A stretch of 62,266 nucleotides of DNA, the filler included, from Rhabdomonas costata (Eukaryota): NCBI GenBank assembly GCA_019059605.1. It is 29 parts of 29 records of this genome, joined end to end, with 100 filler letters (N's around TTAATTAATTAA, not from the genome) between each part and the next. Parts side by side here need not be neighbours in the genome. Positions count along the whole stretch, not along the records: positions 47,319 to 49,367 come from JAHMHO010006085.1; positions 49,468 to 51,517 come from JAHMHO010006086.1; positions 51,618 to 53,666 come from JAHMHO010006087.1; positions 53,767 to 55,816 come from JAHMHO010006088.1; positions 55,917 to 57,964 come from JAHMHO010006089.1; positions 58,065 to 60,113 come from JAHMHO010006090.1; positions 60,214 to 62,266 come from JAHMHO010006091.1; 22 more parts are not named here. One strand, 5' to 3'. The stretch's first letter is position 1; every line of letters begins with the position of its first letter. Below, one piece after another: positions 49,286 through 61,340 of this stretch. Both the position numbers and the translations under genes were made by a program. The notes beneath the pieces were generated by a model. It was not told where the DNA came from. It made no database searches and was given only the letters and a program-made list of their open reading frames with translations.

Positions 49286-49363
49286 GGGACCGTCTCCGTG
49301 TCTTACCTCTTCCCTTGCGAGGGGGCCGGCGCCAGGGAAGAGGTAAGACACGGAGACGGTCCC
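49286..49363. repeat. 30-bp perfect inverted repeat at contig end
   Basis: 49286-49315 is the reverse complement of 49334-49363. Confidence 0.9.
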
Positions 49364-49467
49364 ACCANNNNNNNNNNNNNNNNNNNNNNNNNNNNNNNNN
49401 NNNNNNNNNNNTTAATTAATTAANNNNNNNNNNNNNNNNNNNNNNNNNNNNNNNNNNNNNNNNNNNN

Positions 49468-49866
49468 TACTTGTTTTACTACTGGGCTCATGACTCGGCT
49501 GGACAACGTGCTGTGAATATGCTAGGGTTGGGGGACCACACTGTCGCTGAGTGGAGCCAGAGGCTCAGGTTATGTGTGGCAAATGCTGAGAAGGTGCGCG
49601 AAAAGCGCTTGGGTGGGAAGGGGATGGTTGTGGAATGCGACGAATGTGAAGTTGGAAGGGCTCAGAAGGGTCTACATGGTCCAAAAAGACCATGTAGACC
49701 CTTTTGACAAAAAGACTGTTAAGGGTGATGTTTGGGGCGCCCTCTGCCGAGATACAGGTCACCTTATATTGGAGGTGTTCGACAAGTGGCAAAAGGGCGA
49801 CGATATCGAACGCCGCTTCGGACCCCCAAGTGTGGATGATGCGGAGGAGCTGTGCCTGACTTATAT
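49468..49866 (+). mobile_element. Merlin/ISXO2 (IS1595-like) DDE transposase fragment
   Basis: HTVAEW..LR..LGGKGMVVECDECEVG..G[fs]KKTVKGDVWGALCRDTG matches the GGxGxxVExDE..WxxG..RxT pattern. Confidence 0.75.
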
Positions 49867-51617
49867 GGGCCTCTTTTTTCCTTCCAGGCTGTTTGACCAT
49901 TCATCCGTTCGGATGTATTGCGTGCATGTGAGTCGGTTGAAAGGGGGGGGGGACCTTCCTGGGCGGCTTGCAATGCACAACGGTCTAGCAGGGGTTGTAT
50001 ACGAGGAGTTCTCAACCTCCCCAAAAAAATTTCAGGCAAACCTCGCCTTCCGTAAGTATCCAGAAAGTGGCGGGAAGGCAACACATTAAAAATCTGGTGG
50101 ATAAGGGAGACAGCCAAGGAGTGGTCTAAGCGGTGAGAGGACAGAAGGATGGGCAGAAGGTCCATTGGAAACAGCCCTCCGCTCTATGTCCACTTACGTA
50201 ACGGATAGGTCAACTACTGCGGGCAAGTTCCTGGAAAGAGAAAGAAGGCGCTTGGGGGATGGGGCTGACACAATTGCTAGGGAAAGGGACTGTGCTTCTA
50301 CATTTCAAACATCTTTCGCCCTTCCGCCGTGGCACACTCCTGCTCCCCTCCTCGGACCATTTCTCACTGTAAACCTTCCCCGACACACATCCGACCCGAC
50401 GGCCGGAACGCTTTTCAAACGAATCCCTCGCCTGCCCCGTCCATTGTGTCCTGCCTGTTTTTCTTTTGTGCCTAGAGCCCAAACAGGACACCTTAGTAAA
50501 TCTTCACATCTCAAAAGTCACAAACCTCTCTTTGACTTTTGGGATGGTGAGTGAGTGGGTAGGTGGGTGTAGGAGTGTAGGCCAACGAGTGAGTGAGTCA
50601 GTGGGAGTGCAGGCAACAACATGGAATGGATGGAAGCCATTGGGTGACATTGGCATCGGTTTAGGTGACCTCCAGAGATACCCAGGGACAGAACAAGGAA
50701 TAGAAGGAGGCTGGAAAACTTACAATGTGCCATGTGCTACGATATTGAAAGTGTACGGCAAAAGGGCCAACGGCTTTCCATGTGCTGCACAGTTAGGATC
50801 CGAGGGAAGTTCAGGGACTTCACGCGAAAGTGCGAACGGCATGTGACAACAGCAACTTTGAGGACAGGCGAAAAAGCCCATCTGGAGAGCAGCTTCCTCT
50901 GTAAGTATCTCTCTGCGTTATCATCAAATGCAATAGGGGAACATGCCCGACCCGGGAGGGGGGGGGCGACAAGATCTCTGTCTCCATCTCACTCCAGTGC
51001 ATGAAGCGCATCGAAACGGAAACCGGAGTTGGAACACTTTCAAAATCAAAAACACGTTTTTGGGTGTGCTACTGGCGTTACTTCCCTTAAGCGAGAATAT
51101 GGCCACTCTCCTCAAAAGAAAGCCTCTGCTTTCCTTCCGTGCAGCTACGTTAAACAGTATAGAGCCCAACTGAAGGTTTGCGTTCGAGGCAGTGGTTGGT
51201 GGGCGATAAAGATCGCGAGCGAGCGAGAGAAGGTCGCAATGATCGGGCAACAAACTATACCCAAAACGGCCAATACAGGGGGAGGGGCGTTCGATTCATA
51301 GCCTTTCTTGCAATCGATGGAATCTTTGAACGAGAAGCCCAGTGGCTGATTTAAAAACCCCTTAAAGAACACAGCACCAGAGCGCCAGACTAGCAATCCA
51401 TTCAGCTCTTCCCCCGAGCCCTCCGGTAAAAATATTAGGCTTAACTGCACTAATGTCCTACCTTTGGGATAAGGTATTTTTCTCGCAGGGGGTTAGGGTG
51501 CCATGCACGTACGGGAGNNNNNNNNNNNNNNNNNNNNNNNNNNNNNNNNNNNNNNNNNNNNTTAATTAATTAANNNNNNNNNNNNNNNNNNNNNNNNNNN
51601 NNNNNNNNNNNNNNNNN

Positions 51618-53666
51618 GGTGGGGGGTGTATTTGCGACCGCGGCGACTCTCGCTGTCACAGCGGCAGGCATCGCCACTGTGGTGGCTGCCGTCGTGCTCC
51701 TTGGGAATCCTCACAGACATGGGGACATAGGGCGAGATCGTGGTTCCCGCGTCTTCAACGAAACGGTGTCCTCGCTAGCTGGTGCCCGTGTGTTTGAAAG
51801 GAATAATGTTAGCAAGGTGCAGCTCAGCGCTTCCCCGGCACCTGCCATAGAAATGGAGCTGCTTTGCCGGAGCTTTGGGGATGCTACTCAGGGGCAGTGG
51901 AAAGGCTCGGTATGGGTTCCCAGGAACTGTCGGCTGCTGGACGGCGAACAGGTTGCTATGCGTATGCACAGAAAGAGACTTGGGAAAGGCATGAGATAGG
52001 GGTTCAGCGCGGTGGCCCCGAAAGTTTCAAACCCAACGCGAAGGAACCCAGCTTCGTGCCTTTTCTGCATATTCTTGTTTTCGAAAACTGTGCTCTCCCT
52101 CCCGCGCCTACTTTCTCTGTTTTCCAGAATTTAAATCAACACACAGAGTTTCTCTGATTCTCTGCACAACATCTAGCCCTGAATAAAAAAGTCAGGTGAA
52201 GGTAATCAGAAATGCTCCTGATTACCTTCACCTGACTTTTTTCATTGTTCTTCGGTGTTGTGCCGGACTTGGACACCCAATGTTTCCGTGGAACCGTATT
52301 CTCCTTGCTCCAACAACCGCAACAGGTACTGGCGCAGAACCGGGGCAAGACCTTCTTGTTTGTGGGAGACAGCACTATGGGGCTTCTGGTCAATGCTCGT
52401 GGGGGCCCTGCCCGGGTGCACTGTTACAATGTTAGGGTTGGCCAAGGTGTGTGTGTGTGTGTGTTTCGTTCTGTAACCGGCACGTCATTGTTGTTTCTGT
52501 TCGGCTGGTGCCACTGAACAGGATCTGGCGCTCATCGGCGGTGTGCTTCATGCTTGTGTTGCATGGGCTTTCCCCGGTTGGTGTGCTTGCTCTGTAAACC
52601 ACCGTCATGACCCCAAGGGCCCGCGCACGCTGCGCCTCGGGAGGCCTGTTGTATATACAAAAGACCCCAGGTCTGCTTCGGCTTAGCCCCTTTTTGCTTT
52701 TGCTCCCATCGTCGTGATAGTGTGTGACGTTCCCGCTGGGTTCGGTCCAGGTTTTTCGGGGCATCCCTTCATTTTCTCTCTCATACAAAGGCTGTGGAGA
52801 GGCAGCGTCCTTCTACAATCTCAGCAACCCCTCAGAGCCCACGCTGTGCTCGACGTGCTCCCCCAAGGACACCTCACCAGCGTGCGCGGGCCTGCCCCGG
52901 GTGGACATCCACAACCCAGCAGCACTGAATCTCACGGGCTGCCGGTAAGTATTTTGCTTCCAGCTGCAGCAGCAGGCCAAATCCGTTCATACCGTACATT
53001 TGTCAGGGAGGCAACTTCTCCTGTTGTGTCTCACCAAAAAAAAAATACTCTTGGAAGAGTATTGTGATTCTTTTCGAAAGGACTAAAGCAACAACTCCGT
53101 TTTCTTGACCAGAAGAGCTATGAGTCCGAAATTTGCAAGTTTTTTTCGGAGGTTGTTTTGTCAGTTTTGCGCGACGCTGCAACAGGTGCTACAACTGTAA
53201 GTGCGGTGCCGTGCGCAAGGCATGCACACAGCAGCTTGTTCTGGAGTACCTTCCGCTGATGTACGGCAAGGATTACGCCCTCGCTGCGCCGGGAAGCGGA
53301 ACCACCCAGGAGACCCTATTCCGTCACTACCTCCCCACCCGTAGGCCAGACTGGGTGTTCTGGAATGTTGGGCTGCACGAGGCGAGCTACGGGATGACGT
53401 TCAATGCCGCTCGGTACCGGGCGAACCTCCAGTGGCTCGCCCACCTGGTCGACAATGCCACCAGGTCGTGCACTCCAGCTTCTGCAGCACAGGACTTGAC
53501 GGGTGGAAGAATACCATCGGGAATGAAGACGCCTTCCAGCCGGGCTGCCTTTATTCTGACCTCCATCCCGCTTGCACAGCTGCAACCCCGGAAGTACCGA
53601 AAGGTCACCCGGGCGCAGTATGTGCGAACGATGAACACGATTGCTGCAGGGGTGCTCACCCACACA
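51618..53666 (+). CDS. PC-esterase/SGNH-like type II membrane protein (multi-exon, partial)
   Basis: N-terminal TM helix, GQW..WVPRNC, FLFVGDST, PDWVFWNVGLHE..Y..NL. Confidence 0.8.
52164..52263. repeat. Intronic hairpin with 25-bp perfect arms (52185-52209 / 52218-52242)
   Basis: aaaaaagtcaggtgaaggtaatcag versus ctgattaccttcacctgactttttt, with an imperfect outer extension. Confidence 0.9.
52609..52695 (+). repeat. Dispersed intronic repeat, copy 2
   Basis: Homologous to 6722-6801. Confidence 0.8.
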
Positions 53667-53775
53667 NNNNNNNNNNNNNNNNNNNNNNNNNNNNNNNNNN
53701 NNNNNNNNNNTTAATTAATTAANNNNNNNNNNNNNNNNNNNNNNNNNNNNNNNNNNNNNNNNNNNNTGTGTGGTG

Positions 53776-53788
53776 TGGTAGCAGAGGA
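53776..53788 (+). promoter_or_regulatory. Candidate primer-binding site complementary to the initiator tRNA-Met 3' end
   Basis: TGGTAGCAGAGGA about 400 bp upstream of the gag ATG; lies next to a possibly primer-derived contig start. Confidence 0.5.
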
Positions 53789-54189
53789 ATAAGTCGAGAA
53801 AGCGCTGTGCCGCACGAGTAGGACAGGTCAGTATTGGAGTACCACGCATTACTTTGTGGCACGTGGTAACAGAGGAAGTGCACGACCAAATTTGGGCAGA
53901 GTGTGCAGTGAAGGAATCCAGTGACACGTGGTGCAGATTGAGCCCAGGGTGCACCAGGAAAAGATCCAATTTCGAGTTTCAGATCCGGGTCTTTGAGTGT
54001 GGTAGCAGCGAGGCCAGAAGGGCCTGTGTGGAATAACCATCTACATGGTGCGGGCAAGTTTCAGAGTTCGGCACCAGGCGACAGATTCCACAGAGTTCAG
54101 GGGACGGTTGATTTCAGAGAGGTCGAGTTCATCTCATTCCACCCACCTGAGTGGATGTCAGCCCAATTCCAGAGGTGTGTTCCGATTTG

Positions 54190-55622
54190 ATGTCAGGAAA
54201 TCCGCCACCTCCAAAGCCGAGCGCAGCCCCCGCACCACAGATGGAGCAGACTTTTCTAACCCAAATGGTATCCTTTTTCCAGAGCATGGAGCAGCAAGAG
54301 CGGGCCAATCACGATCTTACACAGGAGTTGCTGCGGAGAGTGGTGGCTGGACCCTCAGCGGAATGTTTACAAAATGGAGGATGTTAGCCAGCTTCCACAG
54401 TTCCAGAGGCGCTGGGAGCATTGCGGAAATTGCAGGAGAAAGACACAGAGTTACAGAAGTACGATGGGAACCCAGCTAATTTCCTACCGTGGCTTGTGTC
54501 GGTAGAAGAGCTGAAGGACTTTCGCAGACTTCCAGATCAAGTTGCGATCACTTATGCCACAGGCGCCTTGGGTGCACATTCCAGAGGAATTGTTGCGCCA
54601 GGTCAAGTCTTTACAGACTGGAAAGAGTCTGTAGAAACGTTGAAGAGGCGGCTGTGTGCACAGACGTGGGACTAAAACGTAGTGTGGAGGTTGGATCAAT
54701 TGAAGATGTCGGACGGGATTTCCAATTCTACCATAAGCAGTTTGTGAACGGGATGAATCTGTTGAAGTGGACGAAGTTTGATAACGAAACTCTTTTACAG
54801 TATCTGTTTTCCAGAGATTTGGAAGGGGAAATCCATGCCAAAGTGATGGCAAAGAATCCACGGACCTTTACAGAGGCAATGGATAAGGCCTGGGAGTATT
54901 TCAGAAAGCCAAGACAACCTCCACGGGTGATTGTGGCGGTTCCAGAGGGCAATGTTTAGAGAGGAATCGCGGCGTGGGGTGCGGCAATGGATTTAGATGC
55001 CACACGTTATGTGTACACTCCTTTCTCGTGGAGTACGGCCTTTCTAACCTCTACAGAGAGAAATGTCAGCGGTGCACCTTCCACAGTTTTCAGAGGTATG
55101 GTTAACGTAAGTGCGGTGCAGAGAAGTGCAAATTTGTTCGAAATGGCGACACAGCCAACGTTAGCTGCCACAGTTCCTGCGAGTTCTGTAATGTTTTCCG
55201 CCCCTCCACGGCCACAATTTAATGCGACGCGTACGCCTTCTCGAGAGAGGAGGGTGACTCCATCCAGAAGAATGTTGGCGTTCAGAGGTCGAGGATACGT
55301 GGGAAGAGGAGTCCGAGGTTACAGATCACCTTCACTCTTCACCCTTCACCGTCTAGAAGCGGTAAACTCAGACTTCCCTCGTTTCCCAGTAAGGTAAATG
55401 TCTCCCCGCCTCGACCACCAACCCCGACTTCCACAGATAGCAGGCAGCATTCACCTTTTCCGAGTTCAGGTTTGGAGAACGCGAAGCCGCATGTCCCTTC
55501 AAGAGTTTGTATGTATTGTGGAAGTAAGAGCCACTTTTATAGGGATTGTGAATTGGCTAAAACGGAGTTGGTTCATAGAAGTGTGCCGAAGTGGTCAGCT
55601 GGAGAATTTCAGAAGAGTGTAG
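54190..55622 (+). mobile_element. Degenerate Ty3/gypsy gag
   Basis: KYDGNPANFLPWL, NPRTFTEAM, MDLDA, zinc knuckle CMYCGSKSHFYRDC (55508-55549); several stops and frameshifts. Confidence 0.85.
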
Positions 55623-56127
55623 ATCAGCCAAACTAGAGGGGGCATGAGACAGGGCCGCTCCCGCCACACCAAAGAGGCCCACTTCGTCCACAGTCAGGAC
55701 GCGAGCCAGTTTTGTGCAGAGAGCTCCAGGCAAATTCCCGCTAAGAATTTTGCAGAGACCACCAGAGCCTGTGCTCAGATCAACCAGAGTTGATCAGGTT
55801 GAGCAGACCCCAACCCNNNNNNNNNNNNNNNNNNNNNNNNNNNNNNNNNNNNNNNNNNNNTTAATTAATTAANNNNNNNNNNNNNNNNNNNNNNNNNNNN
55901 NNNNNNNNNNNNNNNNTGAAACTCGTTGTCCTTGAAGGATCACTAACCCACCAATCACGGAAACCTTTGGCCAACCGGAGGCGAGGCGCTTCACGACCTA
56001 CAGCATCAAACGTCCATTAGCCTATCATTCACGTGCTCTTTCAAAGATACTACGAGGCCCCCGAAACGGAAGCCGAAGCGGCTCGTAAACAACTATCAAT
56101 GCATGTGTGGGCGGCCCGCGACCATAC

Positions 56128-56427
56128 CTCGGTCTTGATGTCCTCAATCTCCTGCAGAAGCGACTGAGAAAGCCCGAAGTCCTCGTCGGTGTCCCCCAAA
56201 AGCTTCGCCTTGCGGGCCAAGTAGTTCGCAATGGCCAGGCTCTGAGCCAGCAGGAGGTTGCCGTCCTGCATGATCGGCAGCTGCCCAAACGGGCAGGTCG
56301 CCTTCAGGTCCCCTGGCCACTCTGTGATTCCAATGGTCTTGAAGGTGAAGTCCAGCCCGCCCACTCGTGCGACCAGCACGGGAAGGACCCTGCCGCGCAC
56401 GGGGTAGTAGGTGATCTGGATGGGCAT
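56128..56427 (-). CDS. Glutathione S-transferase, exon 1 (100 aa)
   Basis: MPIQITYYPVRGR..CPFGQLPIMQDG..LAQSLAIANYLA; ends GAG|GTATGG. Confidence 0.93.
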
Positions 56428-57296
56428 TGTTGGCGGCTGCACAAAAAGTTTTTTTTGCTTGTTGCTGAAGCAGGGGAAATGGCAGAAAGCAGCGAAAAGG
56501 CCCCCCTTCGTAGACACCGTCAGGCTTTTCAAGTGCTGAAGGTGGTCATACTACTTGTGGGCTTCTGGTAGCTCAGGATCGGGGTCATATACTGCAATTA
56601 CAGGTGTACCACCATAGCACGGAAAATGGAAACAAGTGGTTAACAAAAGATTATCTTCGGACTTGTCTTGGAATAACTACCAACATACTTTCCCAACCCA
56701 ACCACAATCAAACGTCATCTAGTGCCATCAACGACCATCTCAGGGTTTCCAAACAGATCCTGCAAATATATCTCTGGTCGACAGAACATTTCCAACTCTA
56801 AAAAGCTTACTTCACAGTCGCCTACTATTTCCTTGCCGATTCACAACCGAAAGGCAAAGCTCTGGGAGCAAAGAAGCACCGCTTTGCCACACTTCAGCAC
56901 AAACTCGGCGAGATGAAGTGATGCAAATGCATCGCAGAAAAGATTCAGCGAGAAAATGGTGCAGCCACTTCACGAGCAAGGCTCTGAAGTCAGCAACGCC
57001 ACTTCCCACATTTGGACCAGAAGGAGAAGGGGGGGGGGGCACACCACGGTCCCGAGGTGGCCCCCAGCGAACGCACGACCCAATGAGAGCGGTACCCAAG
57101 TCAAACAACCCCAAATAACTGCACACAACGGAACAGATTCCACAACGCACCCAGAAAGCTTCGGGGCGCCTGAGCAGCCTCCTGATCCCTTAGCACCCAA
57201 TCCTATATTCGACCCCAGCCTCGAGCCAACTCATCGCCTTTGCCTCTTCAAAACAAACACGGCATCGTCAAAGCATATAGCCCCTCGCTTCCCGCC

Positions 57297-57614
57297 TTAC
57301 TGGGGCTTCACGTATACTGGCTTCAGCGGCTTCACGTCCTTCTCCAGGAACTCCTGGACCTTAGGGAGGGCCAGCACCCTTTGGTAGAACGCCTTCAGCT
57401 TGGGAAAGTTGTCCAGCATCTCCGGAAGGATATCCAAGTAGAAGTGGAACTGCAGGAACACCCCCAGCTCCCCCACCGTCAGCACAGAGGTGAACTTGTC
57501 CCCCTTCACGAGCTTCTCCAGGTTTCCCAGGTGGAGCGGCAGCTTCTCCTTCACAAAGGCGTCGTACCCCGGCTTCTTCTCCGGGGCGCGGAAGGTGGAG
57601 ATGGCATCCCGTCC
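57297..57614 (-). CDS. Glutathione S-transferase, exon 2 (105 aa + stop)
   Basis: CAG|GGA acceptor in phase with exon 1; LTVGEL..LDNFPKLKAFYQRVLALPKVQEFL is a GST C-terminal domain. Confidence 0.9.
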   Translation of the reverse strand, partial: GRDAISTFRAPEKKPGYDAFVKEKLPLHLGNLEKLVKGDKFTSVLTVGELGVFLQFHFYLDILPEMLDNFPKLKAFYQRVLALPKVQEFLEKDVKPLKPVYVKPQ

Positions 57615-58963
57615 CTGTTTAGGTTCGCCGTCATTGGATTAGCGATTTCTGTATTTCCGCAGGCCCTGTGCTCGCCCCAGTCCGCCTTTGCTGCTCCGTG
57701 GCCTCTATTCCACCCTTCTTCTGCCTGGGATCATTCTTTTCTTACCAAAAAGAGCCCGACCGCGGCGCCGTCCCTGGCACTCTTCGTTAGGGCACCTGCT
57801 ATCGGGACACGCAGACACAAAGTAGGGGGCAACTTTATGAAACTCGTTGTCCTTGAAGGATCACTAACCCACCAATCACGGAAACCTTTGGCCAACCGGA
57901 GGCGAGGCGCTTCACGACCTACAGCATCAAACGTCCATTAGCCTATCATTCACGTGCTCTTTCANNNNNNNNNNNNNNNNNNNNNNNNNNNNNNNNNNNN
58001 NNNNNNNNTTAATTAATTAANNNNNNNNNNNNNNNNNNNNNNNNNNNNNNNNNNNNNNNNNNNNGGTAAAGGACAACACCTTTGTTTGCAGGTACCTCAC
58101 TCTTTTGCTTGCGTGTGACAGAGATGTCAACATTTCACGATCGCAAAAGAAAACGAAAAAAAAACGGGCGATTTTCGGCTATATGCACCCTACCCTTCTA
58201 CTCCGGCCATGTACATCCCCCTCCCCGGCATGAGGGCGGAAAAGAAAGAAACGAAAGATCCAGGTCCCAAAAAACGCAAAGGTCGTTTATATAATTGTGA
58301 AAAATGACGTAAATTTTTTTCGATGTGAAAGATGATGAGGTTGAATCATTCGACCTGTGGCTGCTGGTGGGGTTTTGGAGGGTCGAGTCAAGCGGGCAAA
58401 ATGGTTTTTGTCATCTCCGCCCATTTTGGTGGTGAAAATAGTGTGCTGTTCATGCAACATACCACATCTGGTGTCTTTTGGTGTGGTAAAGAATCTCAGT
58501 TCACGGTTCACCTGCTATTTCATTGATAACATATGCTACGTAGTTACAGTGTAGTGCTTGACGTTGATGTCCTGTGTCCTGTAAAGGAAGGGTATGAAGG
58601 GCATTGTACTCTGTGACCAATTGCGGGGCAGCGCATTTGTTGTCTTTTTTCCCTCGGTTTTGCTATTCCCGGAAAACGTAAAAGAGAATTTCCCCAATCC
58701 AGGTTTCTGCTGTTGTGTCAGCCTTGTTTGCCCCAATGTGAGCCGCATATGTGCCGCATTTTGTATAAAAGTGGGCTGGCTCCTTGCGTGGTGCCCCTCT
58801 GACCCGTGTGCGCCCGGGGCGGAGCGATGTGTGGCATCAACGAATTAGGGTAAGGTATGGGTTCCGTTTCGTGGGACAAGCTCCCTAGCCCGGTTCGAAG
58901 CGTGCGGGCTCGCCGCTCGAGGATGTTGGAATACTCTCTCGGAGGGTGGGTGGCTTGTCTCAG

Positions 58964-60032
58964 GGCGGCTGCGGGGGACTGTGATGTGAAAGAAACTTGC
59001 GACGGCACCTCAGTGGACTGTCCTCAGGACTCCTTGATGAGGGTGGACACCGTTTGCAGGTGGCATTTTTGCTGCACCCTGCACCTGTTTTTTTTTTTTT
59101 CGGGTTTCCGCGCTATTGGGGACGGCTGCTGCGAATTGAAGCAGCAAGCCCCGAAGCTAAACCGTTATTGTATGTCTCCACGCACGTTTATTGCGTTTCA
59201 AGCCGCAGCCCGTTGCGCTTTCTTCAGACCAGCCGCTGGGCTGTGCGATCTGAAAGAGACCTGCACAGGTGCTGACGCCCAGTGCCCTGTTGACCTGATC
59301 AAGACCAACGGTACCGTGTGCAGGGCCATCGCCGGAGGCTGCGACCTGTCGGAGGTAGTCCTCTGCACAGAAGCCCGTGGAAACAGCTTCCTTCCCGTTT
59401 TCCTACTTCCGCGTTGGCTTCTCAACCTTAAGCGGCAGCTTTGTTTCTGCAGAAGAGCGCGGGATATGCAAACTTTTCAACAGCAATGAAACACCCCCAG
59501 CTGCCTCGCCCTTTCTTTTTCCTTTATTCGTTCCGTGGGTGGGTACAGGTCTGTGACGGAAACTCCACCAGCTGTCCGGCGGACTCTTTCCACGCTGCGG
59601 GAAGCGTCTGCCGCCAAATGGATGGATTGTGCGACATCGCTGAGGTGTAACCTGCACGAAAAACGTTGTTGGATAGAATCTGGCGTACGGCTTCATAGGA
59701 ACCTTCCCCCCTTCCCCCTCCTGCTCACCTCTGTGGCGGTTGTATTTGGAAGAGAGAGGGAGAGCGAGAGAGAGGGCGAGAGAGAGAGAGAGAGCGGCAG
59801 ATAGGACCGATAGTGTTGCCCTGCTATCCTGGTTGTCAAAAGAAGAACCAGGGTTCCAGGGTTAGAGGAACGCTCCGTTGCAACGGCAGGCACAGCTGTG
59901 CGTGTGCGCATCCCCGTTGCTGTTTCGATGGCTTTGCGAACCCTCGCACTGCTTGCCTCCATTCAGAATTGCACAGGCCTCTCTGCGGCTTGCCCGGACG
60001 ATGTGTGGCAACCCGAGAACCACGTTTGCCGG
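58964..60032 (+). CDS. Tandem disintegrin-like cysteine-repeat protein (exons 58964-59059, 59228-59354, 59549-59644, 59967-60032)
   Basis: Four ~32-aa units of CRxxxGxCDxxExCxGxxxxCPxD; in-phase introns. Confidence 0.85.
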
Positions 60033-60779
60033 GTATGCTACCCCCTCCCCCCATCTTCAAATTCTCGCTTTGGTCATCCCTTCCCAGTATATCCAAACCC
60101 TATCCCACCCACANNNNNNNNNNNNNNNNNNNNNNNNNNNNNNNNNNNNNNNNNNNNTTAATTAATTAANNNNNNNNNNNNNNNNNNNNNNNNNNNNNNN
60201 NNNNNNNNNNNNNGGTTGTTGGGTGCTAAGGTTGCTTTGGCCACATGGTCTCCTTGCTCTGTGCCTGCCTTTTGCAGCTGACTTCAAGTCGTACTTTTCC
60301 ACACTGGAAAACTTTGGGATGGAGCAGATGCCCACGCAGCTCGAGGAGATGCTCACTGGGTTCCGGGCTGCCGGGTGCGGATGCTTGCGTCCTTCGTTCA
60401 GTCATCGCTGAAACGAAACGTTCCACGCTGCCAACCGGTCTCAGGGACTTTTTTCGTGCGAGGATTTTCAGCCTGTTGTGCCTGTTGTAGAGGGACGGTT
60501 ATCTTCACCTTGCAGCACCCACTGCTATCGAGTTGGGTAGTTCATGACTGCCTCATCAATCACCCATATTCATGGAAGGTGAGTGCCCGCCCAAAAACCT
60601 GAAGGTGGGAGTTCAAACTTAATCCACTCTGGCGCCCACATAAAGAACTCATGGTTTGACTGATGATGCCTGGATTACGGTCACAAGCGCATCCCATATG
60701 AACCAGATGACTCCCAGTACATTAGATTCCTTTGGTCCTTCACCGCTTTTTTCTTTTTTCTTAGCCCGGAGCGGCTGAC

Positions 60780-61340
60780 TTTTGGGGAGTTCATGGTCCT
60801 GATGTGTCACATCGCGCAGTGGTGACAGTCCGCAGCACGTGAGGTTGTATCCTTGGGTGCGCCCGCCCCCATGTATAGGCAGTTCGACAGTCGGCTCACT
60901 CTGTATTGTTGCATGAGTGTTGGTGTTTTTCACGTATTGCATTTTGCTGTTGCATGAAATTCGACCCAGCGATGAGGGCACAGCCCAATGGTTGCCGTTC
61001 GATTTGGATCTTCCACTGTGGATTCACCGCGCCATTGTGCGGACAGAATCTGGAGACGTGCAAAGACTTTGGACGAAGCTGTCAAGTCCCTTGAATTTCT
61101 TTGGACACTTGTGAAATGCTGCGTGGCCGTGAGGTAAGGAACCATTGACATCGCTGGCGATGTGAGGCTTTGGGTGGAAATTTCCACGGTATTTGGGTGC
61201 CTTTTTTATCGTCTGTACTCTTATTCGCGTTTCATCGAACCATAATGTGTTCCTGACAAGCCTGGACTTTGTCAGATCCCTTTGTCGGCACGGCATTGGA
61301 TTAGACCCATTTTTAAAGCGGTTTCTACGTACCAAAACGG
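60780..61340 (-). mobile_element. Possible degenerate pogo/Tc1-like DDE transposase remnant
   Basis: NTLWFDETRI resembles the first-Asp motif; IHGGGRT resembles IPGGxT; heavily disrupted. Confidence 0.3.

Larger units (their letters stand above)
55917..57964. repeat. Self-overlapping contig with an exact 127-bp terminal direct repeat (unit 1921 bp)
   Basis: 55917-56043 is identical to 57838-57964. Confidence 0.95.
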
